A stretch of 64,000 nucleotides of DNA from Eledone cirrhosa (lineage: Eukaryota). Below are positions 45,574-61,500 of the stretch, one piece after another (position 1 is the stretch's first letter; each line of letters begins with the position of its first letter). A model generated the notes under the pieces. That model was not told where the DNA came from, did no database searches, and saw only the letters and a program-made list of their open reading frames with translations. The position numbers were made by a program, and so were the translations under genes. Location: NCBI GenBank assembly GCA_964016885.1, contig OZ024755.1, positions 39,308,001-39,372,000 on the forward strand, given 5' to 3'.

Positions 45574-45577
<4 letters not shown>
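45411..45577 (-). mobile_element. tRNA-derived SINE; family fragments at 15420-15480 and 19278-19360
   Basis: Minus strand GGATTGGCAGTATTGGTAGAG...GAGTTCAAATGCC...GCCTTTCATCC..GGGGTCGATAAAATAAAG. Confidence 0.8.
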
Positions 45578-45631
<54 letters not shown>

Positions 45632-45695
45632 AGAGAATACATGAAAAGATATGCTTTTTCATTACAGGGTATTTTATGAAAGACCTTAGTTCAAT

Positions 45696-45742
<47 letters not shown>

Positions 45743-45748
<6 letters not shown>

Positions 45749-46253
45749 GATATCCACGGTAAGTTGTGGTGTCTATTCTGCATGAAGAACTCGATGTAAT
45801 TCATATGTTGAAAATGTTGTAGGTTAAGATAAATCTCGGAAAACAATAAAACATTAAAAGGAAAACAGAGTCATGATATAAGTTAAAACAATGAAATAAA
45901 AAAATCAAGTCATTAGAGATATACTTCACTGTTTTACGATCGTTTCTAGATGATGATAATACATTGTAGCTATACTTCGTTATTGATCTATGTAAGGTTA
46001 GTTACAAAATATCAGATAAAGAGAATATTTACTTACATGAATATCACCAGCTGTTTTCAAAATTATTGCTTTTGAAAACAGCTGGTGATATGCATGTAAG
46101 TAAATATTCTCTTTATCTGATATTTTGTATCTAACCTTATATAGATCAATAACGAAGTATAGCTACAATGTATTATCATCATCTAGAAACGATCGTAAAG
46201 CAGTGAAGTATATCTCTAATGACTTGATTTTTTATTTCATTGTTTTAACTTAT
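45743..46253. mobile_element. Fold-back element (arms 45876-46253, left tail 45743-45875); related tail at 14387-14525
   Basis: About 185-bp inverted arms containing GAAA-CGATCG-TA (HHR stem III-like), with (TA)n flanks. Confidence 0.75.
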
Positions 46254-46427
46254 ATATATATATATATATATAGTTAAATATTAGACAGGAACAAAACACA
46301 GAGAGGCAGTATAAATGGTAGTTTATTAGGTTCACGCTTTTGAGAGTGAGAGGGGGATATATATATATATATATATATACATCCATATATATATATATAT
46401 ATATATATACATCCATATATATATATA

Positions 46428-46469
<42 letters not shown>

Positions 46470-46976
46470 ATAAAACATGTCTATAGAATCACCAGATAAC
46501 ATATATACCATTTCCTCTCCCAATTAGCATAATTAACCATATGAAAAATCGAATAGACCAGGCTATAAGAATGAGGCTTCTATGAAGAAATCTCCAACAA
46601 ATAACCGAAACTAGCCCTTCGCGTCGGCTGCGACGGAATATTTATCGAATATTTCGACAGTGTAATCGCCCAGATATACAGTCAATTAAACAGAATTAGG
46701 TGTAAAATAAACTAGGAGAAAAGAGAATACATTTATTTATATATATATAGGAAAAAGTATGACCCCGACGGCAGAGCTCAAGCCGTTTCGACGGCTATTT
46801 CTGGACTATTTCTGGACTAAATTAGAGTTTTTAGGCCAGAAATACCCGTCGAAACGGCTTGAGCTCTGCCGTCGGAGTCATACTGTTTCCTATTACCCAC
46901 TCTACTACCCTAAGTATTGAGTACTCTGGTGCGTTATGGTCCATCTGGTTCCTTACCACAATTCCTTTGTTATTTA

Positions 46977-47007
<31 letters not shown>

Positions 47008-47805
47008 GTGTGTGTGTGTGTATGTACATGTATTTATATGTATGTATGTATTTATATTTATATGTGTGTGTACATATACGTATATATATTTTACTTATAT
47101 ATTCATATATATCACAGTTCAACCTGACAACAACGCTCTCCATAGTTACTAATAATTCTACAACAATCTCCACTCCATATATATATTAACGATATTCTTA
47201 GCTCTATTCCAGCAGTAATCACTTCGATTTCTATTAGATCTTAAGTTGATATTTCTATTTAAGGATTGTTGCCAGAAAATGTATGTTGTTCCTGTAATTG
47301 AAAATAGATATGTGCTGTATCATGTTGGAGGCTGTGAACATGATGATCCAATCCAAAATAGCTGTGGGATAGTGAATCATTTATTAATGTAACGGTGCTA
47401 GTGTAGTAGTAGACCACTTCCGTAGACACTTCAAACGTTGCTAATTCCTTCACAGATCTATGTGTGTTACGTGTGTCGTATAACAGTGTGAGACCTCATC
47501 ACAAAACTCTGAAGATCAGATGAAAGCGGATCTATGATATTAACATTAAAACATGAACATTGCCGCTGGTTATAATTTTATTCCTATTACTTCGATCAGT
47601 GGTGGACTTCAACACTCTATGGCTTTAATCAAATCGTCGAAAGATGGAGTATAAAGAGAATAAGACCAGAAATAACAGGAGACACAGAGAAAAGAGACAG
47701 ATGGTCATTGAGGCGGTCACACAATGTGTGACAAAATTAACAAGAAGTAATAATAATACAGCTGAAGTGAAAGTCAAGTAGCGAATGCATATATATCCAT
47801 AAACA

Positions 47806-47877
<72 letters not shown>

Positions 47878-47881
<4 letters not shown>

Positions 47882-48962
47882 TGATAAATTAACGGAGCCA
47901 TAGAAACTCGCCATTCCCTGTAAATAGTGTGCTCAAAGGAGAAGAGATACTGAGCTCTTTAAAATACAATATGTTGAAAAGGTAACAAACCAGAGAGAGA
48001 TATATAGTGCGTTATCAATAATACAGGGAAAAAACCACCAGTGTACAGAATCTATAAACTATGACAGGCAGACTATAGACACGATAATTAAAAATATAAA
48101 TTAAAGCGTAAATAAATACCTCTATAAGTGACAGTCACTTTTAAAATTCTCTTATTGTTGTCTGAAATGTATAGCCTTACACACGCTGATGAACCGAGGT
48201 TACTCCATTTCTGTCAACAAATTACTGGCGAAACATCTCTTTGGATTTGTACGTGTGTTATATAGTTAAAGAGGTATTTATTTACGCTTTAATTATATTT
48301 TTAATTATCGTGTCTATAGTCTGCCTTTCATAGTTTATAGATTCCATACACTGGTGTTTTCCCTGTTTTATTGATAGCGCACTGTATATCTCTAGTGTGT
48401 TAATTTTTCAACATATTATATTTTAAAGAGCTCAGGATTTCTTCTCCTTTGAGCACATTATTTACAGGGAATGGCGAGGTTCTATGGCTCCGTTAATTTA
48501 TCGTGATATTTCGCTCCTTATAACAGTCTTTCCTATCTCTCTGTTTGGTTGAGCACACTTCTCTGAGTCGTTTTGGGCTGCCCTTTCGAGCAGCACGTCT
48601 CTCAGAGGCCACTGGTTCACTGTCCTTAAACACGCTGTGACTTCTCTCTCCCACGTGTAGCTGGACAGTCACTTTTAAAATTCTCTTAGTGTTGTCTGAA
48701 ATGTATCGCCTTACACACGCTGAGGAACCAAGGTTATTCCATTTCTGTCAACAAATGACTGGCGAAACAGATCTCTTTGGATTTGTACGTGTGTTATATA
48801 GTTATAGAGGTATTTATTTACGCTTTAATTTATATTTTTAATTATCGTGTCTATAGTCAGCCTTTCATAGGTTATAGATTCCATACACTGGTGGTTTTTT
48901 CCCCTGTTTTATTGATAGCGGACTGTATATCTCTAGTGTGTTACCTTTTCAACATATTGTAT
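47878..48962 (+). mobile_element. Non-coding tandem 534-nt HHR-bearing repeat (candidate retrozyme) with inverted 5' arm
   Basis: Direct repeat starting at 48130 and 48664. 47878-48127 is the reverse complement of about 48265-48508. Confidence 0.85.
48713..48794 (+). ncRNA. Type I HHR; second copy at 48179-48258
   Basis: ACACACG-CTGAGGA (CTGATGA in the other copy)-stem II-GAAA-CAGATCT..GGATTTG-TA-CGTGTGT, with a perfect 7-bp stem I. Confidence 0.85.
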
Positions 48963-49032
48963 TATATATATATATATATATATTTTATAAAGAAAACGAA
49001 AAATCAGTGATGCATCTAGACTTAGTTTATTG

Positions 49033-49123
49033 CGTGTTACAAATGTTTCGCCGGCAGATAGCTCGAGACATGGTCCTTGTATGGATCTGGCTGATTCTAC
49101 TTCTGCGGGTTCTTTCAGACACG
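49033..49123 (-). ncRNA. HHR-like motif with a one-nucleotide core insertion
   Basis: CGTGT-CTGAAAGA-..GCAGA...TCTGC..-GAAA-CATTTG-TA-ACACG. Confidence 0.5.
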
Positions 49124-49691
49124 GGTGTTTCGTCTGGAGCACATTTTATCACTGGGGTGTTATCATAAAAAAACACCATAAAAAACCCTACTTCCACTCT
49201 TATCATGCCATTGGCTGTTTTTACTCCACGTCATCAGAAGTTCTGGTCAGTATCTGCTGCCACACGGTTCATCAGCCATTTTCCGTCCGACACATTTCGA
49301 TGGATTCATGCTGGGTTCAGTATTTCATACGTCTGCTCACACTTCAGAGTAAGCACCCACACATACTAAAATACACACATAAACACACACACATGCAGAC
49401 ACATACATATTTATGCATACACACACGTACGCATACATGCGCAGACGCACCCCCTACATACATAGATAAAAGTATATATGCACACACCCTCTCTCCCTCC
49501 CTTCCACGGACCCAGTCACACCCACTTTTTGACACATATGGCCACAAGCCTTATGACGGCTGCTTACTTAGCGCCCTGTATCAGTTGGGATAAGCATGGC
49601 CCACTCAAACATACACATATATACATACATACGCGTGCACACATACATACGCCCAACCTTATATACATTTATATATATATATATATATATC

Positions 49692-49918
49692 AAAGAAGAG
49701 AAATAGGACGAAGGTAAACAATTACAAAAGAATTTAATCCACGTATTTACAATTGTTTCATCAGAATTTCAGTCCATTATTGCTACACTATGTTATAATA
49801 GGCAATCAAGAAAGATACTGTGGCATCCGAATTTTCAAAATACAAAGTTGGAATGACCTTAGGAAATGAAATAAGGGGTAGTAGTGTAAGATAGAGGAAC
49901 AGAGAGAGAAAGAGGGGC

Positions 49919-49985
<67 letters not shown>

Positions 49986-51480
49986 GATAGAGGAAGGGAG
50001 AGAAAGAGAAAGAGATAGTGTGGTGTGAGAGGATTTGTATAGGGAGGGGGAGGAGGGATGTGTGCTAAAAGTTGTGATGAGTAGAGGGAGAGAGAAGGAA
50101 GATAGAATTTTAAGAGGCATTTGGAAGTGGACAGGCGAAAGTCTTACCAGAGAACAGATGAAGGAAGAAAGTATTAAATTTCATATATAGTCTATTTTTA
50201 GGGGTGTAGAATTGTTATTTAGGGTAGAAAGATAGGTAGTGTTAGGATTTGATTGAAGGTTTGAAGTGTGAGAATTTCGCTTTCAGTTTATGCTGGCAAA
50301 AAATTGACCTTTCAATGTTGTTGTTGAGTAGTTGGTGGCTTGAGCTTAGAATATGGAAGAGCTCATTATTACACAACGGGCACGTTTTCATCCCACTCCG
50401 GTATGGAGGAGCATGTGAGAGTTTGGTCCATTTAAGGGTGTATTGTCGGTTACTCCCTTTTAAGTGCCAAATTTTGTCGGCGAGAGTCGTTACGTAACGG
50501 TGGTGGTGGTGCTTTATTGCGTAACGATGCGTGTACCAACGAGTTTTGAAGGTGTTTGCAGTGCTGCCTATGTAGTACCAGGTTTGGTTGCCCGACTCAA
50601 CCGAGCACCTGTATACTAGGTTTGAATGCAAACATTCGTTATTCAATGGACAAGTCTCTGGAAGGTGACAATTACAATTTCTGTTATGGGCAGTGGTGGA
50701 GTTATAGGTGTGCTGGGATGTGTGTGTGAGTGTGTTTTGTGCATACTGATTGTTAGTGGGTGGTTGTGTATTAGGTGTATTATTGTGTTGAGCGATTGGG
50801 GTGTTGTTGTTACGGAGTTTTTTGGCGTTGAGCATCTTAATGTGTGCATCTAGGTTTGGTGCAGTGGAATAAGATAGTCTAATTGTTTTGGTATTAAGTA
50901 TACTACTATATTTATGTGAATTTGGAAAGTGTTTTTTTATAATTTTGTAGAATGTGGAGGTAAGTTAGAGCTAATAGAAGAGTTAAAAATAGGATTATAC
51001 CAAATGTAAGATCTACTCCGTGTTCTGTTTTGCTTTGATGTTGCTGTTGTATTTGTGGTGTGGTTAGTATTAGGGGGTCTAGGTGCGTGTGTGCGGGTGT
51101 TTGTGCGGCGTTTGGCGTGTCTGTAGTTATGTGTTTTATGGTTGTGTGGGTCCATGTATTCTAGTTTTTCGGTGTGGCCAGCCCGTTCTAATGCAGTTTT
51201 GTAGTATTCAGCGTGTTGATCGAATATTTGTTGGTTAGATGAGAGGCGGGATATTCTAAGTGATATGCTATGTGGCACGGACCTTATAATAGATAGTGGG
51301 TGGTTAGAGCTAGTGTGGATGTAGGTGAGGTTCTCGTTGTTTTTGTGAAAGGGTGTGATAATTTGGGTGTTGAGGTTGAAGGTGGCATCTAGGAAGTTAA
51401 CTACTTTGGTACTATATTCGTAGGTGATTTTAAGGCCAAGGCTATCTAGGGTTCTTCTAATGCTCTTTTGGCATATAGTT
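49692..51480 (-). mobile_element. 5'-truncated PLE (RT thumb, GIY-YIG and 3'UTR with HHR at 49742-49844)
   Basis: Coding fragment described below, plus a downstream HHR next to (TA)n. Confidence 0.88.
50242..51480 (-). pseudogene. PLE RT C-terminus and GIY-YIG (Neptune-like), frameshift near 50935
   Basis: VVNFLDATFNL, YIHTSSNHP, RISRLSS, IWYNP.F, CNC..CPL..C, LVYRC..YYIGST..FKTRW..H, CPLCNNE. Confidence 0.92.
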
Positions 51481-51968
51481 GAATAGTTTAAGAGAAATTT
51501 GAAGATAATTGTAAGATATGCACTCAATATTGTGAATTTGTCTACAGAATTCTCTAAACCTTTGTCACTTAGTAGAACCTTAATGAATTTAGCTTTTAAA
51601 GAATCTCCCTTTCCTTTAAATCTATCTACCATGACTGACCCCCCACTGATCTTATAGACACCTGTTAGCTGAAGAGAAACTTAATAATAAGGAGTGGCAT
51701 GCCATCCTGAACCTGTTTATAGAATTCTGTCTGCCTTTGTTACTCTAAAAACAAAAATAAATAAAAATAAACTATAGCTTTGTAGAATTAGCTATTAATG
51801 AATTCCCTTTTCTATCAACCAATGACCTACACCCATCCCACTCGCCACCCTCCCCTACCACTTGTAGAGACCTATAAATACCATACTTATTTTTTGATAC
51901 CCAGATTCCTGATGATTTCTAAAGAATGAAAGAGTTCTAGTCTTGTAGAATCTCATCTATATTAAAAC

Positions 51969-51999
<31 letters not shown>

Positions 52000-52506
52000 T
52001 CATATATACACACATATATACATATACACATATACACATATACACCCGCATTCCGCCACATATGTATATACATGCACATGTCTGCACATACACGCGCGTA
52101 TAAGCTCATGCACACACACAGTCATGCCCATACACACACCCCAGCACCCACCCACGTATATATATATATATACATACACATCTACACACTCACACGTACA
52201 TATAGCCACGCAAAGGTCCACACATAAAAGCACGCGAATATAAACAAAATATGATAATAAAATAAAATAAATGAATTAATTTACAATATTTTAGGGTACA
52301 TTAAAATCTGTATATAACAGCATAAATAGGTACAAGAAAAAGAAGGGGTAAAATAAAAAAGGGGTGAGGGGGGTACAGGAGAATGTGCGTGAGTCCATGC
52401 GACGTGCTACACACATGTATTATAAGTTGCAAACTTGTGTCCGTGTATAGAACAGGTAACAGAACATTACTATTATTATTGTTATATTATTGTTCTGTTA
52501 CCTGTT

Positions 52507-55500
52507 TAATACACTAACAACACTACCTGTCACACTGACAACACTACCTGACACACTAACAACACTACCTGACACACTAACAACACTACCTACCACACTA
52601 ACAACACTACCTGACACACTAACAACACTACCTGACACACTAACAACACTACCTGACACACTAACAACACTACCTGACACACTAACAACACTGCCTGACA
52701 CACTAGCAACACTACCTACCACACTAACAACACTACCTGCCACACTAACAACACTACCTACCACACTAACAACACTACCTGACACACTAACAACACTACC
52801 TACCACACTAACAACACTACCTGACACACTAACAACACTACCTACCACACTAACAAAACTACCTGACACACTAACAACACTACCTACCACACTAACAACA
52901 CTACCTGACACACTAACAACACTACCTACCACACTAACAACACTACCTGACACACTAACAACACTACCTGACACACTAACAACACTACCTGACACACTAA
53001 CAACACTACCTGACACACTAACAACACTACCTGACACACTAACAACACTACCTGACACACTATCAACACTACCTGACACACTATCAACACTACCTGACAC
53101 ACTAACAACACTACCTGACACACTAACAACACTACCTGACACACTAACAACACTACCTGACACACTAACAACACTACCTGACACACTAACAACACTACCT
53201 GACACACTATCAACACTACCTGACACACTAACAACACTACCTGACACACTAACAACACTACCTGACACACTATCAACACTACCTGACACACTATCAACAC
53301 TACCTGACACACTAACAACACTACCTACCACACTAACAACACTACCTACCACACTAACAACACTACCTGACACACTAACAACACTACCTGACACACTAGC
53401 AACACTACCTACCACACTAACAACACTACCTGACACACTAACAACACTACCTACCACACTAACAACACTACCTGACACACTAACAACACTACCTACCACA
53501 CTAACAACACTACCTGACACACTAACAACACTACCTGCCACACTAACAACACTACCTACCACACTAACAACACTACCTGACACACTAACAACACTACCTA
53601 CCACACTAACAACACTACCTGACACACTAACAACACTACCTACCACACTAACAACACTACCTGACACACTAACAAAACTACCTGACACACTAACAACACT
53701 ACCTACCACACTAACAACACTACCTGACACACTAACAACACTACCTACCACACTAACAACACTACCTACCACACTAACAACACTACCTGACACACTAACA
53801 ACACTACCTGACACACTAACAACACTACCTGACACACTAACAACACTACCTACCACACTAACAACACTACCTGACACACTAACAACACTACCTGACACAC
53901 TATCAACACTACCTGACACACTATCAACACTACCTGACACACTAACAACACTACCTACCACACTAACAACACTACCTGACACACTAACAACACTACCTGA
54001 CACACTAACAACACTACCTGACACACTAACAACACTACCTACCACACTAACAACACTACCTGACACACTAACAACACTACCTGACACACTATCAACACTA
54101 CCTGACACACTAACAACACTACCTGACACACTAACAACACTACCTGACACACTAACAACACTACCTGACACACTAACAACACTAACTACCACACTAACAA
54201 CACTACCTGACACACTAACAACACTACCTGACACACTAACAACACTACCTACCACATTAACAACACTACCTGACACACTAACAACACTACCTGACACACT
54301 AACAACACTACCTGACACACTATCAACACTACCTGACACACTAACAACACTACCTACCACACTAACAACACTACCTACCACACTAACAACACTACCTGAC
54401 ACACTAACAACACTACCTGACACACTAACAACACTACCTGACACACTAACAACACTACCTACCACACTAACAACACTACCTGACACACTAGCAACACTAC
54501 CTTACACACTAACAACACTACCTGACACACTAACAACACTACCTGACACACTAACAACACTACCTGACACACTAACAACACTACCTATCACACTAGCAAC
54601 ACTACCTGACACACTATCAACACTACCTGACACACTAACAACACTACCTACCACACTAACAACACTACCTGACACACTAACAACACTACCTGACACACTA
54701 ACAACACTACCTGACACACTAACAACACTACCTATCACACTAACAACACTACCTGACACACTAACAACACTACCTGACACACTAACAACACTACCTGACA
54801 CACTATCAACACTACCTGACACACTAACAACACTACCTACCACACTAACAACACTACCTGACACACTAACAACACTACCTACCACACTAACAACACTACC
54901 TGACACACTAACAACACTACCTACCACACTAACAACACTACCTGACACACTAACAACACTACCTACCACACTATCAACACTACCTGACACACTAACAACA
55001 CTACCTGACACACTAACAACACTACCTGACACACTAACAACACTACCTACCACACTATCAACACTACCTGACACACTAACAACACTACCTGACACACTAA
55101 CAACACTACCTGACACACTAACAACACTACCTGACACACTAACAACACTACCTACCACACTAACAACACTACCTGACACACTAACAACACTACCTACCAC
55201 ACTAACAACACTACCTGACACACTAACAACACTACCTACCACACTAACAACACTACCTGACACACTAACAACACTACCTACCACACTAACAACACTACCT
55301 GACACACTAACAACACTACCTACCACACTATCAACACTACCTGACACACTAACAACACTACCTGACACACTAACAACACTACCTGACACACTAACAACAC
55401 TACCTGACACACTAACAACACTACCTACCACACTAACAACACTACCTGACACACTAACAACACTACCTACCACACTAACAACACTACCTGACACACTAAC

Positions 55501-58500
55501 AACACTACCTACCACACTATCAACACTACCTGACACACTAACAACACTACCAGACACACTAACAACACTACCTGACACACTAACAACACTACCTGACACA
55601 CTAACAACACTACCTACCACACTAACAACACTACCTGACACACTAACAACACTACCTACCACACTAACAACACTACCTGACACACTAACAACACTACCTA
55701 CCACACTAACAACACTACCTGACACACTAACAACACTACCTGACACACTAACAACACTACCTGACACACTAACAACACTACCTACCACACTAACAACACT
55801 ACCTGACACACTAACAACACTACCTACCACACTAACAACACTACCTGACACACTAACAACACTACCTACCACACTAACAACACTACCTGACACACTAACA
55901 ACACTACCTGACACACTAACAACACTACCTGACACACTAACAACACTACCTACCACACTAACAACAGTACCTGACACACTAACAACACTACCTACCACAC
56001 TAACAACACTACCTGACACACTAACAACACTACCTACCACACTAACAACACTACCTGACACACTAACAACACTACCTGACACACTAACAACACTACCTGA
56101 CACACTAACAACACTACCTACCACACTAACAACACTACCTGACACACTAACAACACTACCTGACACACTAACAACACTACCTGACACACTAACAACACTA
56201 CCTACCACACTAACAACACTACCTGACACACTAACAACACTACCTGACACACTAACAACACTACCTGACACACTAACAACACTACCTGACACACTAACAA
56301 CACTACCTGACACACTAACAACACTACCTGACACACTAACAACACTACCTGACACACTAACATCACTACCTGACACACTAACAACACTACCAATCACACT
56401 AACAACACTACCTGACACACTAACAACACTACCTGACACACTAACAACACTACCTGCCACACTAACAACACTAGCTATCACACTAACAACACTACCTGAC
56501 ACACTAACAACACTACCTGACACACTAACAACACTACCTGACACACTAACAACACTACCTGACACACTAACAACACTACCTGACACACTAACAACACTAC
56601 CTGACACACTAACAACATTACCTGACACACAAACAACACTACCTGACACACTAACAACACTAGCTATCACACTAACAACACTACCTGACACACTAACAAC
56701 ACTACCTGACACACTAACAACACTACCTGACACACTAACATCACTACCTGACACACTAACAACACTACATGACACACTAACAACACTACCTGACATACTA
56801 ACAACACTACCTGACACACTAACAACACTACCTGACACACTAACAACATTACCTGACACACAAACAACACTACCTGACACACTAACAACACTAGCTATCA
56901 CACTAACAACACTACCTGACACACTAACAACACTACCTGACACACTAACAACACTACCTGACACACTAACAACACTACCTGCCACACTAACAACACTACC
57001 TGACACACAAACAACACTACCTGACACACTAACAACACTACCTGCCACACTAACAACACTACCTGAAACATTAACAACACTACCTGACACACTAACAACA
57101 CTACCTGAAACATTAACAACACTACCTGACACACTAACAACACTACCTGACACACTAACAACACTACCTACCACACTAACAACACTACCTGACACACTAA
57201 CAACACTACCTGACACACTAACAACACTACCTGACACACTAACAACACTACCTGACACACTAACAACACTACCTGACACACTAACAACACTACCTGACAC
57301 ACAAACAACACTACCTGACACACTAACAACACTACCTGAAACATTAACAACACTACCTGACACACTAACAACACTACCTGACACACTAACAACACTACCT
57401 GACACACTAACAACACTACCTGACACACTAACAAAACTACCTGACACACTAACAACACTACCTGACACACTAACAACACTACCTGACACACTAACAACAC
57501 TACCTACCACACTAACAACACTACCTGACACACTAGCAACACTACCTGACACACTAACAACACTACCTGACACACTAACAACACGACCTGACACACTAAC
57601 AACACTACCTGACACACTAACAACACTACCTGACACACTAACAACACTACCTGCCACACTAACAACACTACCTGACACACAAACAACACTACCTGACACA
57701 CTAACAACACTACCTGAAACATTAACAACACTACCTGACACACTAACAACACTACCTGACACACTAACAACACTACCTGACACACTAACAACACTACCTG
57801 ACACACTAACAACACTACCTGACACACTATCAACACTACCTGACACACTATCAACACTGCCTGACACACTAACAACACTGCCTGACACACTAACAACACT
57901 ACCTGACACACTAACAACACTACCTGACACACTATCAACACTACCTGACACACTAACAACACTACCTACCACACTAACAACACTACCTACCACACTAACA
58001 ACACTACCTGACACACTAACAACACTACCTGACACACTAACAACACTACCTGACACACTAACAACACTACCTACCACACTAACAACACTACCTGACACAC
58101 TAGCAACACTACCTGACACACTAACAACACTACCTGACACACTAACAACACTACCTGACACACTAACAACACTACCTGACACACTAACAACACTACCTAT
58201 CACACTAGCAACACTACCTGACACACTATCAACACTACCTGACACACTAACAACACTACCTACCACACTAACAACACTACCTGACACACTAACAACACTA
58301 CCTGACACACTAACAACACTACCTGACACACTAACAACACTACCTATCACACTAACAACACTACCTGACACACTAACAACACTACCTGACACACTAACAA
58401 CACTACCTGACACACTATCAACACTACCTGACACACTAACAACACTACCTACCACACTAACAACACTACCTGACACACTAACAACACTACCTACCACACT

Positions 58501-61500
58501 AACAACACTACCTGACACACTAACAACACTACCTACCACACTAACAACACTACCTGACACACTAACAACACTACCTACCACACTAACAACACTACCTGAC
58601 ACACTAACAACACTACCTACCACACTATCAACACTACCTGACACACTAACAACACTACCTGACACACTAACAACACTACCTGACACACTAACAACACTAC
58701 CTGACACACTAACAACACTACCTACCACACTAACAACACTACCTGACACACTAACAACACTACCTACCACACTAACAACACTACCTGACACACTAACAAC
58801 ACTACCTACCACACTATCAACACTACCTGACACACTAACAACACTACCAGACACACTAACAACACTACCTGACACACTAACAACACTACCTGACACACTA
58901 ACAACACTACCTACCACACTAACAACACTACCTGACACACTAACAACACTACCTACCACACTAACAACACTACCTGACACACTAACAACACTACCTACCA
59001 CACTAACAACACTACCTGACACACTAACAACACTACCTGACACACTAACAACACTACCTGACACACTAACAACACTACCTACCACACTAACAACACTACC
59101 TGACACACTAACAACACTACCTACCACACTAACAACACTACCTGACACACTAACAACACTACCTACCACACTAACAACACTACCTGACACACTAACAACA
59201 CTACCTGACACACTAACAACACTACATGACACACTAACAACACTACCTACCACACTAACAACAGTACCTGACACACTAACAACACTACCTACCACACTAA
59301 CAACACTACCTGACACACTAACAACACTACCTACCACACTAACAACACTACCTGACACACTAACAACACTACCTGACACACTAACAACACTACCTGACAC
59401 ACTAACAACACTACCTACCACACTAACAACACTACCTGACACACTAACAACACTACCTGACACACTAACAACACTACCTGACACACTAACAACACTACCT
59501 ACCACACTAACAACACTACCTGACACACTAACAACACTACCTGACACACTAACAACACTACCTGACACACTAACAACACTACCTGACACACTAACAACAC
59601 TACCTGACACACTAACAACACTACCTGACACACTAACAACACTACCTGACACACTAACATCACTACCTGACACACTAACAACACTACCAATCACACTAAC
59701 AACACTACCTGACACACTAACAACACTACCTGACACACTAACAACACTACCTGCCACACTAACAACACTAGCTATCACACTAACAACACTACCTGACACA
59801 CTAACAACACTACCTGACACACTAACAACACTACCTGACACACTAACAACACTACCTGACACACTAACAACACTACCTGACACACTAACAACATTACCTG
59901 ACACACAAACAACACTACCTGACACACTAACAACACTAGCTATCACACTAACAACACTACCTGACACACTAACAACACTACCTGACACACTAACAACACT
60001 ACCTGACACACTAACATCACTACCTGACACACTAACAACACTACATGACACACTAACAACACTACCTGACATACTAACAACACTACCTGACACACTAACA
60101 ACACTACCTGACACACTAACAACATTACCTGACACACAAACAACACTACCTGACACACTAACAACACTAGCTATCACACTAACAACACTACCTGACACAC
60201 TAACAACACTACCTGACACACTAACAACACTACCTGACACACTAACAACACTACCTGACACACTAACAACATTACCTGACACACAAACAACACTACCTGA
60301 CACACTAACAACACTAGCTATCACACTAACAACACTACCTGACACACTAACAACACTACCTGACACACTAACAACACTACCTGACACACTAACAACACTA
60401 CCTGCCACACTAACAACACTACCTGACACACAAACAACACTACCTGACACACTAACAACACTACCTGAAACATTAACAACACTACCTGACACACTAACAA
60501 CACTACCTGACACACTAACAACACTACCTACCACACTAACAACACTACCTGACACACTAACAACACTACCTGACACACTAACAACACTACCTGACACACT
60601 AACAACACTACCTGACACACTAACAACACTACCTGCCACACTAACAACACTACCTGACACACAAACAACACTACCTGACACACTAACAACACTACCTGAA
60701 ACATTAACAACACTACCTGACACACTAACAACACTACCTGACACACTAACAACACTACCTGACACACTAACAACACTACCTGACACACTAACAACACTAC
60801 CTGACACACTATCAACACTACCTGACACACTATCAACACTGCCTGACACACTAACAACACTGCCTGACACACTAACAACACTACCTGACACACTAACAAC
60901 ACTACCTGACACACTAACAACACTGCCTGACACACTAACAACACTACCTGACACACTAACAACACTGCCTGACACACTAACAACACTACCTGACACACTA
61001 GCAACACTACCTGACACACTAACAACACTACCTGACACACTAACAACACTACCTGACACACTAACAACACTACCTGACACACTAACAACACTGCCTGACA
61101 CACTAGCAACACTACCTGACACACTAACAACACTACCTGACACACTAACAACACTGCCTGACACACTAACAACACTACCTGACACACTAGCAACACTACC
61201 TGACACACTAACAACACTACCTGACACACTAACAACACTACCTGACACACTAACAACACTACCTGACACACTAACAACACTGCCTGACACACTAGCAACA
61301 CTACCTGACACACTAACAACACTACCTGACACACTAACAACACTGCCTGACACACTAACAACACTACCTGACACACTAGCAACACTACCTGACACACTAA
61401 CAACACTACCTGACACACTAACAACACTACCTGACACACTAACAACACTACCTGACACACTAACAACACTGCCTGACACACTAGCAACACTACCTGACAC

